IMG/VR virus record: IMGVR_UViG_3300044801_000208
Span: 33,809-97,808 of that record
DNA from: a virus
Length of the DNA: 64,000 nucleotides
Reading direction: 5' to 3' (one strand)
In this document: piece after piece, positions 42,701 through 51,309 of the stretch
Layout: each line of letters starts with the position of its first letter
Numbering within the stretch: position 1 is the stretch's first letter
Made by a program: the position numbers and the translations under genes
The notes under the pieces: generated by a model
The model's input: the letters and a program-made list of their open reading frames with translations, nothing else
What the model was told of the DNA's origin: nothing
The model's database searches: none

Positions 42701-43364
42701 GATCCTGGACTTCGACACCTTCATGCGGAACCTCGGGATCAGGCGCTCGGACGCGGAGACGCTCGCCGTCGACTCGGACTTCCCCGTCGAGAACAGGCCG
42801 CTGTTCTACCGACCGGTCGGGGACATGCGGTACGCGGACATCGACCGCACGCTGCCGCTGATGGCCCCCGTAGTCGGCCAGCTGATGGACCGCTACGCCA
42901 CGAAGAAGGGCATCGTCCACACGAACTCGTACAAGGTCAACCGCTACATGGTGGACTACCTCCGCAGCCACGGCTACGGCGAGCGGGTCGTCACGCACGA
43001 CAGCTCGCGGGGCGCGAGGGAGCAGGCGCTCCAGCGCCACCTGAACAGCCCCGGCAAGCCGACCGTCCTGTTCTCCCCGTCCATGTTCGAGGGGCTGGAC
43101 CTCAAGGAGGACCTCAGCCGCTTCCAGATCATGTGCAAGGTCCCGTATCCCGCGCTGGACCCCTACGTCCGCGCGAGGATGCGCCGCGACCCCGAGTGGT
43201 ACCAGTGGTGTACAGCATTGAAACTTGTGCAGGCTTCTGGGCGTTCAATAAGGTCTAAGACTGACCGCGCCCACACGCACATGCTTGATGCCGGGTTCGC
43301 GAAGTTCATTCAGATGAACAATCGTAGGATGCCTAAGTGGTGGCTGGACTCGATTGTTTGGTAG
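39723..43364 (+). CDS. DinG/Rad3-like SF2 helicase with two inteins
   Basis: EGPTGFGK|S, LKGRANY.C (Fe-S Cys), DEGH, SAT, EGLD, KVPYP, QASGRSIRS..D. Confidence 0.9.
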   Translation: MDEFFDDSLVDIAPAAKDLTLERSGLLRDHFPFDEVRANQEHTLDRLAAWNQSPKKFFVLEGPTGFGKCFAPGTPVLMHDGTVRTIQDVRVGDSLMGDDSTPRRVLLLSHGFDQMFDVVPVKGDSYRVNSRHILSLKFTKGIGTKGTYSNNQKSQVPQYRRLGIKAGPGATIDIPLSDYLDLSKSQKHILKGYRVGVEFPAQDVPIDPYFLGLWLGDGDKDRPAVTTADPEIGGFLCGYAKELGLSVNSQFHNGAYTRDLNTGKRGGNPKSREKNPLLEGFRGLSVLNNKHIPLLYKRNSREVRMKVLAGVVDSDGSRVKGGYEFTLEIKRLAEDLTYLCRSLGFAAYMKPCEKTCTNGKNGPATGRYYQVLMSGFGVEKIPSTLIRKQGLPRKQKKDPLVTGIKVLLAGYGEFFGFSVDGNERFLLGDFTVVHNSPVAIAEASFAKTMPGFGEFSPGAHILTPQKTLAAQYMDDFARFGLKELKGRANYHCDKWTDINGEDIDCEIGAMLNDSGGLDERCDHCPYRADKDRYIACPLGTTNFSYYLNEARFAGELPRRNMLILDEGHNTEECHPPETEIDICVGFEKQGRQRTAKTRSFPIASLTDGQKAVSWNRASDSLHLSGRQIRVGQRQYTGTMLTVESGGKKTRVTPNHWFWVRFNSTARKKYILYLMHKEGYGYRIGVTRFRSASQHGLGLVSRMRQEGADKGWVLALYDSYSEAAKWEKTYSLKHGIADTCFRARKNVLQSDIKDIFLSTRERGALACLRDHGRYAEYPIWETSPRAGHKGYFKVRACNLLPEVMDLPARKTKTRGERRRLILDKSTTVTSATSNQYTGMVYSLDVAEDHTYVADGMIVGNCILSLTDTVIDKDRCEKYGVQGRLPEFDEGDNEAVLAWLDAAFIPAAQQHAVALGRRMREARDSDRASVVKKVNALERFLLRVNMFRNSEDPAEWFAWTDAQTKALTIKPLTGRLFADDFLFSKAQKVLILSATILDFDTFMRNLGIRRSDAETLAVDSDFPVENRPLFYRPVGDMRYADIDRTLPLMAPVVGQLMDRYATKKGIVHTNSYKVNRYMVDYLRSHGYGERVVTHDSSRGAREQALQRHLNSPGKPTVLFSPSMFEGLDLKEDLSRFQIMCKVPYPALDPYVRARMRRDPEWYQWCTALKLVQASGRSIRSKTDRAHTHMLDAGFAKFIQMNNRRMPKWWLDSIVW
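39927..41027 (+). mobile_element. Helicase intein A (in Walker A), LAGLIDADG
   Basis: CFAPGTPV...LGLWLGDG...LAGVVDSDG...VVHN|S. Confidence 0.92.
41439..42299 (+). mobile_element. Helicase intein B with a GIY-YIG-like insert
   Basis: CHPPET...VTPNH...VYSLDV..DHTYVADGMIVGN|C. Confidence 0.85.
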
Positions 43365-43408
43365 CTTGTTTTCCCGCCGCCAGGCGTATCTGAGAGGCGC
43401 GTCTCTGT

Positions 43409-43783
43409 TCAGGCGTCCACACTCGCTTGCGGTTGGCTTCGGCGACGGAGTTCTCTTATGTTCTTGACGCTTCGCCGCTTTGTGATTTCTGGTTGGGCAT
43501 TTATCCAGTCAAAGCCTCCGTTGCCGCCTTGTCTCAGGTTGTAACAGAGCGGGTCGGTCTTCGCCGCATCCACCAGTTCAAGCTCTTTGGCGAACGCCTC
43601 CGCGCCCGTGTTAAAGATGAAGAGAACATCTTTTCTGAAATTGACTTTGCCGTGTTTGGCTACCGCACGCATAAATACTTTGCCCGGCCCAAGGTAAGAG
43701 TCATTAGGATTGTTCGTTTTATGGACGCCGATGTAGTAGCGACCGTTGGTGAAATCCACTGTTTTGTAGACGGTATAAAGCAT
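43409..43783 (-). CDS. GIY-YIG endonuclease, apparently truncated
   Basis: YTVYKT...YYIGVHKT, YNLRQGG. Confidence 0.7.
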   Translation of the reverse strand: MLYTVYKTVDFTNGRYYIGVHKTNNPNDSYLGPGKVFMRAVAKHGKVNFRKDVLFIFNTGAEAFAKELELVDAAKTDPLCYNLRQGGNGGFDWINAQPEITKRRSVKNIRELRRRSQPQASVDA

Positions 43784-43907
43784 TGTGCCCTCTAGGGGCT
43801 GAAAGTCATAAAGTACCAATGGCAGACCTCAAGTCCATTGTTTGGTAGCGTTTGGAAGTAGCCAAAACCCCCCTTCCCGGCGTATACTGTATGGGGAGGG
43901 AACACCT

Positions 43908-44016
43908 GATGAAGATCACCACGATTGACCGTAATGCCCTGAGAACCCTGCGAACGGAGATTGACGCCGCCCTTGAGTCCGTTGGCAAGCAGTACGGCGT
44001 GAAACTGACCGCCTGA
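43908..44016 (+). pseudogene. Short or truncated ORF (about 35 aa)
   Basis: TATACT, GGGAGG RBS, MKITTIDRNALRTLRTEIDAALESVGKQYGVKLTA*. Confidence 0.5.
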
Positions 44017-44067
44017 AATAGTAGAAAGTTTAGAAGACCACGAGTAACAATCTCTGGGAGGAGATCA

Positions 44068-44754
44068 ATGAAGAAAACGCTGATCGCAGTTGTAATCCTT
44101 TTGGGCGCGCTGGCTTTCGCACAGGTTCCGGCCTGCAAGAAGCCGACAAATCCCAAGCAGCCGACAAATCCCAAGCAGCCAGTGACAGTCACCGTCACTG
44201 ACACAAACAAGAACAACAACTCCAACAAAAACACCAACACTAACACCAGCGCCTCGTCGAGTAACGCGAGCAGCAACCAGTCGCAGGGTCAACAGCAAAC
44301 AGCGACGGGCGGTAGCGCATCTGCATCCAACGGAGCGCAGAGCAACAGCCAGACTACCAATGAAAACGAAGTGCGGCAGGCTCCTACAGTCATCGCGCCG
44401 GAAGCATTCTCTACAGCGCCGTGTCGTATTGCAGGAGGTTTTGGGGGGTCTCTGCCCGCTGGCAGTCTGAGTTTGGGGGGATCGAAGAAAGACAAGGAGT
44501 GCGACCAGTTTCACATGGCGGCGTTTCTGTCCAGCATCGGGCGCAATGACCTTGCGCTTGAGTTGCTGTGCAGCATGAAGCCTGCTAAGGGTCTGAAGGG
44601 TTGCAGCACACCCCCGGCCCCGCCAGCGCCCCCTGTGGCTTCCCCGGCCCCAGCTAAGGCTGAGGTAGCGGTCGTACAGGCTCCAAAGACGTGCATTGCG
44701 GTCATCACCGCCGAGGACGGCAGCACAAGTTGCGCTCAGTATGCCGGAGAGTAA
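44068..44754 (+). CDS. Secreted low-complexity protein
   Basis: Signal peptide (AFA|Q), KQPTNP repeats, N/S/T-rich tract, several Cys. Confidence 0.75.
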   Translation: MKKTLIAVVILLGALAFAQVPACKKPTNPKQPTNPKQPVTVTVTDTNKNNNSNKNTNTNTSASSSNASSNQSQGQQQTATGGSASASNGAQSNSQTTNENEVRQAPTVIAPEAFSTAPCRIAGGFGGSLPAGSLSLGGSKKDKECDQFHMAAFLSSIGRNDLALELLCSMKPAKGLKGCSTPPAPPAPPVASPAPAKAEVAVVQAPKTCIAVITAEDGSTSCAQYAGE

Positions 44755-44790
44755 CCAAAGTAACCAGCCCTCCCCTTCCCATGCTGGGGG

Positions 44791-44819
44791 TTGACAAAAG
44801 CGTCAATCCCCAGTATAAT
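44791..44819 (+). promoter_or_regulatory. Consensus sigma70 promoter overlapped by an inverted repeat
   Basis: TTGACA-17 nt-TATAAT; TGGGG.TTGAC-N6-GTCAA.CCCCA. Confidence 0.9.
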
Positions 44820-44825
44820 ACTTTA

Positions 44826-44910
44826 TACTGTCACCTGCGTGGAGGTACTGTCAACCGCCCCCGCCCTCCCCACTGACACGAACCCCGCCGCGAGGCGGGG
44901 TTTTCCTTTT
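44826..44910 (+). ncRNA. Putative ~85-nt small RNA
   Basis: Lies between the consensus promoter and the terminator AACCCCGCC-GCGA-GGCGGGGTTTT; no ATG. Confidence 0.65.
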
Positions 44911-44925
44911 ACGGTATTATCCTAC

Positions 44926-45222
44926 GTGCCCCCCTCCCGCAGACAGCGCCGCCGCATGCCGAAGGCCAAGGACATCGCCACGATGCTCCGCGCCCTGACC
45001 GCCGCCGTCCCGATGCACCTGCCGCCGGAGCACGGCCTGAGGGAGTCCCTCAAGGGCGTCGTCAACTACCGCGTCAAGTCGGCCACCGACGGAAGGGAGT
45101 GGACGGTGGACGTCTACCACGGCGACTGGATCGTCGTGACCGTGCGCGACTTCGCGGTGCCCTGCCCGTCCGTGCCGTCCGCGATCGGGCACCTTAGGCG
45201 CATGCTAGGATTGAGGTCATGA
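44926..45222 (+). CDS. Hypothetical protein
   Basis: GC3-biased ORF; GTG 7 nt after GTATT. Confidence 0.6.
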   Translation: MPPSRRQRRRMPKAKDIATMLRALTAAVPMHLPPEHGLRESLKGVVNYRVKSATDGREWTVDVYHGDWIVVTVRDFAVPCPSVPSAIGHLRRMLGLRS

Positions 45223-45584
45223 CCGAGCACCGCTGCACACGGACGATCCTCTCCATCAGGGAGGGGAGGTTCTGTGATGCCGCCGGACAACCGTCGGCTC
45301 TGCGCGGAGTGCTACGACGACTGGATGAGGGGGGACTGCCTCGCATGATGGACAGGAAGGGGATACAGGCCGCGGTCATCAACCGCCTCGACGCGATGGA
45401 GGGCTCCTGCAACTCCGCGCACCTGGACCACAACGACGGCGTGCTGCGCGGCCTGCTGTGGGCGCTCACGGGTGCGGACCCCGGCACCTACCTCACCCGC
45501 GACACTCGGCGCGTGCTCGACCTGGCGGGGTTCGACGCCCGCATGGGCGAGGACGGCCTCGTGCACTGGACGGAGAGGGACTGA
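45219..45584 (+). CDS. Hypothetical protein (possibly chimeric; second start near 45345)
   Basis: GAGG RBS; an internal GAGGGG-ATG is also present. Confidence 0.55.
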   Translation: MTEHRCTRTILSIREGRFCDAAGQPSALRGVLRRLDEGGLPRMMDRKGIQAAVINRLDAMEGSCNSAHLDHNDGVLRGLLWALTGADPGTYLTRDTRRVLDLAGFDARMGEDGLVHWTERD

Positions 45585-46150
45585 TGCTCGCCCAGGTCAA
45601 CTCGAAGGAGCAGCTCCTCAAGGTGCTCGCCATACAGGCCGCGATCACGGAGCGGGCACGCAAGGAGATGCTCGCCGCCGGGACCCTCACGGGGCAGCCC
45701 AAGTCCGCCGGGCACTACGTCGTGGCGGAGCGGAACCTCCTGGAGAAGTACGCCCGCTACCCTACCCTGACCGAGTTCGAGAGGATGCCTCATACGATGG
45801 ACAGCGTGAAGTGGGGCGCGACCTTCGGCGTGGCCGCGCTAGTCGGGGCGCTGATCCTGGACTTCTGCAAGTCCTTCCTGGAGCTGGACGAAGACCCGAG
45901 GGAGGCGCTGATGCTGTTCCTGATACAGCTCGACGACCCGAAGGTCAAGGCCGTGGAGATGGACAGGACGACCAAGGTCCTGGCCCAGCTCACGGAGCAC
46001 TACGGGATCACCTGGACCAAGAGGCACTCGATACAGCTCACCGTCGTGGGCCGCCGGGTCGTCCTGCACATGATGGACGCCCACATGTTCGCCAAGGAGA
46101 CCGGCGAGGCCCAGGCCAAATTCGGGGACAAAAAGCCCGCCGAATCTTAA
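45584..46150 (+). CDS. Hypothetical protein
   Basis: MLAQVNSKE..., TGATG coupling with the upstream gene. Confidence 0.7.
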   Translation: MLAQVNSKEQLLKVLAIQAAITERARKEMLAAGTLTGQPKSAGHYVVAERNLLEKYARYPTLTEFERMPHTMDSVKWGATFGVAALVGALILDFCKSFLELDEDPREALMLFLIQLDDPKVKAVEMDRTTKVLAQLTEHYGITWTKRHSIQLTVVGRRVVLHMMDAHMFAKETGEAQAKFGDKKPAES

Positions 46151-46171
46151 AAAATTCGGTATTAGCCCACG

Positions 46172-46690
46172 ATGAACCGTATCTACCTAGCCGCGCCGTT
46201 CGAGTGGATAGACAAGATGAAGGGGTACGCGGAACAGCTCCGCGCCCTCGGGTACGAGGTCACGTCCCGCTGGCTCGACGAGCAGGACAAGGGCGGCGAC
46301 ACGGACATGACGGACGCCGACGGCGGCACCCAGCTAGACAAGATGGACCAGGTGATCGGCTTCGCCGTGCGCGACGTCCGCAACATCCTCTCCTCCGACA
46401 CGCTCATAGAGTTCAACCCAGGCAAGGCGCTCGTCAGGAACACCAGGCTCGCGGAGTTCGGCGGGGCGCTGTTCCTCGGCAAGCAGTGCATCGTCATCGG
46501 CCCCGAGAACCCCAAGCACAAGAACCGCATCGACTCCATCTTCGCCCTTCTGGACGAGGGCCACATCCCGGCGGACCTCGCCCAGGCGGGGATCAAGCCC
46601 GTGAAGCACTTCGACACGTGGGGAGACTTCCTGGAGACGGCCGTGCTGGAGGCGGGGAAAAAGAGTGGGACTGCACTTACTGCCGCATGA
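46172..46690 (+). CDS. Nucleoside 2-deoxyribosyltransferase-like protein
   Basis: IYLAAPF, D...I..SD, EFG.A..LGK. Confidence 0.7.
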   Translation: MNRIYLAAPFEWIDKMKGYAEQLRALGYEVTSRWLDEQDKGGDTDMTDADGGTQLDKMDQVIGFAVRDVRNILSSDTLIEFNPGKALVRNTRLAEFGGALFLGKQCIVIGPENPKHKNRIDSIFALLDEGHIPADLAQAGIKPVKHFDTWGDFLETAVLEAGKKSGTALTAA

Positions 46691-46964
46691 CCTAACCACC
46701 AAGACGATCTGCGTCACGCTGAGCATGGCCATGGCGGTCGGTATGTACGTCCCCCTGTTCCGCAGGCTCCTGCGCCGCAAGCACACCCGCGACTTCTCCA
46801 AGGCCTACCAGTGGCTAGTCTTCCTCGTCCAGATCAACAACCTCGTCCTGGCCTACGCCGAAAGGGCCCCGTTCCTCATGGCCTGGTACGTCTCGCAGGC
46901 GCTCTGCACGGGCGCGTTCCTCTGGCTGGTGCTCCATTACTGGGAGCGCCCCCAGCCCAAATAA
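46665..46964 (+). CDS. PQ-loop/SemiSWEET-like 3-TM membrane protein
   Basis: YVPLFRRLLRRKHTRDFS followed by two TM segments. Confidence 0.55.
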   Translation: MGLHLLPHDLTTKTICVTLSMAMAVGMYVPLFRRLLRRKHTRDFSKAYQWLVFLVQINNLVLAYAERAPFLMAWYVSQALCTGAFLWLVLHYWERPQPK

Positions 46965-47001
46965 CCCGACTTCCCCGCCCCCTGTAGGGAGGGACTTTCC
47001 T

Positions 47002-47193
47002 ATGTCCGTCAACTACGCAGCAATCCTGAAGGACCTCGCGACCTGGGCCTCCGCAGCCAAGCTGGCTGGCGGGGCGTTCCTGCACCACGTCTACACCTGG
47101 CTCAAGGCCAAGTGGGCGAAGGCCGAGGCGGACGCCAAGGCGGTCGCAGCCAAGGTCGAGGCAGACGCCAAGGCCGCAGCCAAAAAGCTGTAA
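47002..47193 (+). CDS. Small A/K-rich protein
   Basis: GGGAGG RBS. Confidence 0.7.
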   Translation: MSVNYAAILKDLATWASAAKLAGGAFLHHVYTWLKAKWAKAEADAKAVAAKVEADAKAAAKKL

Positions 47194-47195
47194 CG

Positions 47196-47738
47196 TCACA
47201 AGTTAAGCCTACGCTTGAGGAACTCCTCCCGTATGTCTGAGTCGGAGAAGTTCCTCAGCACCCGCATTTTGTACGGGCGGCGGTTTAGCGTTTGTGTCCT
47301 CCTCGTGCTCCAGCGCACGTTCCCTGGCTCGTAGTCTCCGTTGTTTTCTTCGCGATCTAATGAGTGTTTGGGCGATGGTTTGCGGCCCACGTCAGCCAAG
47401 AACGACTCAAAGCTGGACGCCCACCTCTCGCACACCTTTATTCCGCGCCCCCCGTAGTTGTGGTAGCTGTTGTTCTTCGGGTTGCCGCATCTAGCCCTCA
47501 TCATGCACCAAGCGTTGTACTCTGGCGTGTTCGTCATTCCGTGCGTGGTGACCTGTTCATGTCTGGCACACCCGCAACTTCTTGTTTTGCCCCGTGTGAG
47601 GCAGTAGCTCCTGACGGGGACTAAACGGCCGCACTCACAGGAGCACTCCCACAGCACGGCTCCGTGCCTATCCAATCCGGCGCGTCTCAGGACCTTCAAT
47701 TTCCCAAACGTCTGTCCAGTCAAGTACAACTTCGTCAC
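47196..47738 (-). CDS. HNH homing endonuclease
   Basis: WECSCECG, YHNYGGRGIKVCERW, SLDREENNGDYEPGNVRW. Confidence 0.9.
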   Translation of the reverse strand: MTKLYLTGQTFGKLKVLRRAGLDRHGAVLWECSCECGRLVPVRSYCLTRGKTRSCGCARHEQVTTHGMTNTPEYNAWCMMRARCGNPKNNSYHNYGGRGIKVCERWASSFESFLADVGRKPSPKHSLDREENNGDYEPGNVRWSTRRTQTLNRRPYKMRVLRNFSDSDIREEFLKRRLNL

Positions 47739-47791
47739 ATAGACCTCCTACCTGTGCGGGTGAAAGTCTAGTTTTCAAGTAACATGTCTAT

Positions 47792-48574
47792 ATGGGAACG
47801 ATGCTAGACACGGAATATCCAAGCGTAGTCCTGCTCCTAGAGAAGAAATCCCCGCCTAAGAACAATGTTCTTGTGGGGGACGATCCCGCCCAGATCAGAT
47901 TTGCTGAGCAGTTTCTTAGCGCGACGCACATGCGCAGGATTGAGTGCCAGGCGGTCAAGTCTGTCTCTGACATTGACCTTCAGGGACAAGAGGAGCCTTT
48001 GCTTTACCAGGTAGACTACAGCAGCCTCCTTGACCTATCGCCGAGGACGGCGAGGAAGACCGGAATCTGGTCGCTGGACCTGATCAAGCCCGGCAGCGCG
48101 GGCATGAACGCGATCGTGCGGTTCGCCGCCGAGCTACTCGGGATGGAGAAGCCCGACAAGGCGACGGTGCAGCGCGTGGCCGACGAGGTCGCGGACGGAA
48201 TGTACGACATCAGGGCGGGGATATGGGACGCGGCGTGGATGCTGTCCGGCCCGCTCCCGGAGAAGGCGAAGTGGATGCGCCCGTGGGAGAACTGGCTGCT
48301 GTGGCTGCCGAAGGGCGTCGACCCGCGCTACAGGCTGAACGCCCTGTACTGGGAGATGGTCGAGTGGGTGTTCGCCCAGACGGGCGACGACAGGGGCTTC
48401 AAGAGGGCGAAGGGTGCCTCCAAGTTCAACCCGAGGACCTTCCAGAAGCTCTCCGCCCTCCAACTGCCTAAGGACAAGGTTTTCAACAGCTTGCTGGAGC
48501 TGTCCGCGTGGCGGGAGAGGCACTACGACCCCTACGTCTGCGCCCTCAAAATCACGAAAATCTGGCAACCGTAG
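47792..48574 (+). CDS. Hypothetical protein
   Basis: 260-aa ORF with an AT-richer 5' part. Confidence 0.75.
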   Translation: MGTMLDTEYPSVVLLLEKKSPPKNNVLVGDDPAQIRFAEQFLSATHMRRIECQAVKSVSDIDLQGQEEPLLYQVDYSSLLDLSPRTARKTGIWSLDLIKPGSAGMNAIVRFAAELLGMEKPDKATVQRVADEVADGMYDIRAGIWDAAWMLSGPLPEKAKWMRPWENWLLWLPKGVDPRYRLNALYWEMVEWVFAQTGDDRGFKRAKGASKFNPRTFQKLSALQLPKDKVFNSLLELSAWRERHYDPYVCALKITKIWQP

Positions 48575-48615
48575 TATCATAGAACTCACGGGGACACATC
48601 CCCGAGGAGAAAACA

Positions 48616-49215
48616 ATGAAACTAAGCCTCATCACTTCGACACTCGTGGCGATCGTCCTCATGGTCGGTTCCGCGTTTGCTCAGAACGGCGCGATCGCCC
48701 CTTACGTCCAGGGAACGATCACGACCGCACCCGGCAGCGCGGCTACTGGCGCTAGCTACTCAATCGGCGCTGGCGTGGAGTCCAGCACCAAGCACCTGCT
48801 GCTCGACGCCAACGGCCTGTTCAACACGGCCAAGGTCACGTCCGGCACGGGCAACGGATACAACGGCACCATCACGGCGCAGGGCTACTACAAGCTCTTC
48901 GGCCACGTCCTCGCGGGCGGCGGCGCTGACGTCGTGATCAACACCAACGGCTTCACGTTCGGAAACTTCGTCTCGACGGCTCGCACCTCCGCGAACCCGT
49001 TCGTCGGCGGCGGTGTCCAGGCGGGGCGTCTGCGCTCCATCCTGACCTACCAGCTCCCCGGCAAGGACGCGGTCCCGGGCCAGAGGCTCTTCGTCCTCAG
49101 CAACGAGCTCCAGGTCACCAAGCACGTCCGCGTCACGGTGCCCGTCCAGGCCAACTCCCTGGCGGGGAAGTACACCGCGACCTCGGTCGGCGGCGGCCTC
49201 AAGTTCGTGTTCTAA
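48616..49215 (+). CDS. Putative outer-membrane beta-barrel protein
   Basis: Signal peptide AFA|Q, alternating beta pattern, C-terminal GLKFVF. Confidence 0.65.
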   Translation: MKLSLITSTLVAIVLMVGSAFAQNGAIAPYVQGTITTAPGSAATGASYSIGAGVESSTKHLLLDANGLFNTAKVTSGTGNGYNGTITAQGYYKLFGHVLAGGGADVVINTNGFTFGNFVSTARTSANPFVGGGVQAGRLRSILTYQLPGKDAVPGQRLFVLSNELQVTKHVRVTVPVQANSLAGKYTATSVGGGLKFVF

Positions 49216-49239
49216 CAGAAAGCCAGCGGTTCCCCACAG

Positions 49240-49263
49240 AAGCCCCGATCGCTCGGGGCTTTT
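49240..49263 (+). terminator. Intrinsic terminator
   Basis: AAGCCCCGA-TCGC-TCGGGGCTTTT. Confidence 0.8.
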
Positions 49264-49323
49264 GCTTTTGCCTACGTTTCCGCCCAAACGGAGTATTAGG
49301 GAGAGCAGAGGGAACAGCAGACA

Positions 49324-49662
49324 ATGTCCACAGGCAAATCCAAGGCTGGCCGCGAGGAGCTAACGCAGCGCGTCCAGCAAGCTCTCGCCCTGACCACGAA
49401 GAAGGAAGCCGAGCACGTCATCGACACGGTGATCAAGGCCCTCGAAGAGACCCTCCTCAACAACCTCCCGACCGACAAGTTCTCGCTCAAGCTCAACTCG
49501 TTCGGGAAATTCACGGTGCGCCACAAACCGGGTATTTATAGGAAGATTCCCTTCACGGGAGAGACGAAGATGACAAGCGCCAAGCGCAAGGTCAAGTTCG
49601 TGACCCTCGGGGGACTAAGGCAGGCTGAAGTAGTCAAGGCTCAGGCCCAGGAGAAAAAGTAA
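49324..49662 (+). CDS. HU/IHF-family DNA-binding protein
   Basis: LNSFGKFTV...RKIPFTGE....AKRKVKF. Confidence 0.9.
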   Translation: MSTGKSKAGREELTQRVQQALALTTKKEAEHVIDTVIKALEETLLNNLPTDKFSLKLNSFGKFTVRHKPGIYRKIPFTGETKMTSAKRKVKFVTLGGLRQAEVVKAQAQEKK

Positions 49663-49664
49663 AC

Positions 49665-50576
49665 ATGGCAAACGCAGGATTCCAGACGTTCGACGACGAG
49701 CTCGACGCGGTACCGACCCCGGCGGCGCAGCCGCAGCAGCAGGCACGCCCGGCGCAGACCGCGACGGCCGCAGCCCCAGCCCAGCACGCGGCTCACGCTG
49801 CACACAGCGCCAAGGCCACGACCGCAGCGGCGGCAGTGGCGGAGGAGGACGAGGCCCCGGCGGCGAAGGTGGCCGACAACGAGAACCTCGACACCGACTT
49901 CGACGACAAGCGGGTGTACGACCGCCCAGGGCAGCTCAACCAGTGCCGCCCCGAGAAGGGCAAGGCCGCACGCTTCAGCTTCATCCCCAAGGAGTGGATC
50001 GCGCCCCAGACGGCCAAGTCCCATTTCCTTGAGACGGGCACCGGGAAGGACGCCAAGAAGATCAGGGCACGCTGCCTGACGCCGATGGGCGCGGACGCGG
50101 ACCCGCAGTACTGCTGCGTATCCCTTGACGAGGACGGAGAGGTGAGCGTCGTCGGGCTGGTAGTCCGCTACACGAACGCCGACCCCGTGACGGGCAAGTA
50201 CGAGAAGGACGCCCAGGGCAACTTCCCCCCGATCGAGTTCGCCATCGAGTTCGTCCGCCTGTCCCAGTTCAACATGCGCCAGATCAAGAAGCTGCCGGAC
50301 GAGGACAAGACCCCGTTCGACATCGACCTGGTCATGACGCACGCGGACAGGGCCTTCGGCTACGAGTTCAACAGGAAGTCCAACGTGCCGCGCTGGACGC
50401 TGGACCCGGCGGTCGCGGCGGCGGTCAAGGCGGCAGCCCAGAGGTTCATCAAGGACGGCGGCAAGGTCCTTCGCGCGAAGCTCGGCCAGAAGCTCAACGA
50501 GATCGAGTGGAAGGCGCTGCTCTCCGGCAAGAAGGTCGGCGGAGAAAGTAAAATTGAAAATGTAGATGAGCTGTAG
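49665..50576 (+). CDS. Putative single-stranded DNA-binding protein (gp32-like)
   Basis: Replication context, H/C residues, IDLVMT segment, acidic C-terminus ENVDEL. Confidence 0.5.
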   Translation: MANAGFQTFDDELDAVPTPAAQPQQQARPAQTATAAAPAQHAAHAAHSAKATTAAAAVAEEDEAPAAKVADNENLDTDFDDKRVYDRPGQLNQCRPEKGKAARFSFIPKEWIAPQTAKSHFLETGTGKDAKKIRARCLTPMGADADPQYCCVSLDEDGEVSVVGLVVRYTNADPVTGKYEKDAQGNFPPIEFAIEFVRLSQFNMRQIKKLPDEDKTPFDIDLVMTHADRAFGYEFNRKSNVPRWTLDPAVAAAVKAAAQRFIKDGGKVLRAKLGQKLNEIEWKALLSGKKVGGESKIENVDEL

Positions 50577-50622
50577 CATCGAGTTGTGTTTCAAAATACA
50601 GTTCAGTAAATATCTTAACTAC

Positions 50623-50649
50623 AGACCCCCTGAAATAGGGGGTCTTTTT
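50623..50649 (+). terminator. Hairpin/terminator covering the RBS of the next endonuclease gene
   Basis: AGACCCCCT-GAAAT-AGGGGGTCT-TTTT-ATG. Confidence 0.65.
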
Positions 50650-51309
50650 ATGGGCAGAGGGAGTTATGAAAGAACCGAAAAAGTTAGGAAAAAACAACGC
50701 AAAGCAATGCTTCAACGCAAACAGCAAGGACTTCAACCTAGGGGGTGGAAGTGGTCTGACGAGTCTAAGCTGAAGGCGTCAACCGCACAGAAAAAACGGC
50801 TAAAAAACCCAGAAGCTAATCCATTTTATGGCAAACATCATTCTGAAATTTCCAAAACCAAAATCAGTAAAGCGAGAACAGGGCTAGATTTGACCCCAGT
50901 AGAAAGAAAACTGCGAAAAAAGCAACATACGACGGAGTGGGTAGCCTCCCATCCAGAACAGATTAAAGTTTATGATCAAAGAGCATTAAAACCACGAGCT
51001 TTGGCCAATCGTAAACGTCGGCGTGAACTTCGCCACAACGTTATTGTACAATTTGGGGGGAAATGTGCTTCTTCTGGTTGCCGTTGGTTAAACCAAGACG
51101 ATTCGTTGGGTTGTGCTGATGAAAGATTGTTGCAGCTTGACCATGTGAACGGGGGCGGAACAAAAGAACGGAACAGTATGGGTTGGGAAGCTATGTGGAA
51201 AAAGGCCCAGCAGGATATATCCGGGGCATACCAAATTCTTTGTTCCAACTGTAATTGGCTGAAAGCACACAAAGACGGGGCATTTGGTATTAAGTACGGG
51301 GAGGAATGA
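50650..51309 (+). CDS. NUMOD3 + HNH homing endonuclease
   Basis: NPFYGKHHSE, FGGKC, LQLDHVNGGG, YQILCSNCN. Confidence 0.85.
   Translation: MGRGSYERTEKVRKKQRKAMLQRKQQGLQPRGWKWSDESKLKASTAQKKRLKNPEANPFYGKHHSEISKTKISKARTGLDLTPVERKLRKKQHTTEWVASHPEQIKVYDQRALKPRALANRKRRRELRHNVIVQFGGKCASSGCRWLNQDDSLGCADERLLQLDHVNGGGTKERNSMGWEAMWKKAQQDISGAYQILCSNCNWLKAHKDGAFGIKYGEE

Noticed and set aside
47792-48574. DNA polymerase III delta-like subunit
   Set aside because: Only a vague impression from context; no diagnostic motif.
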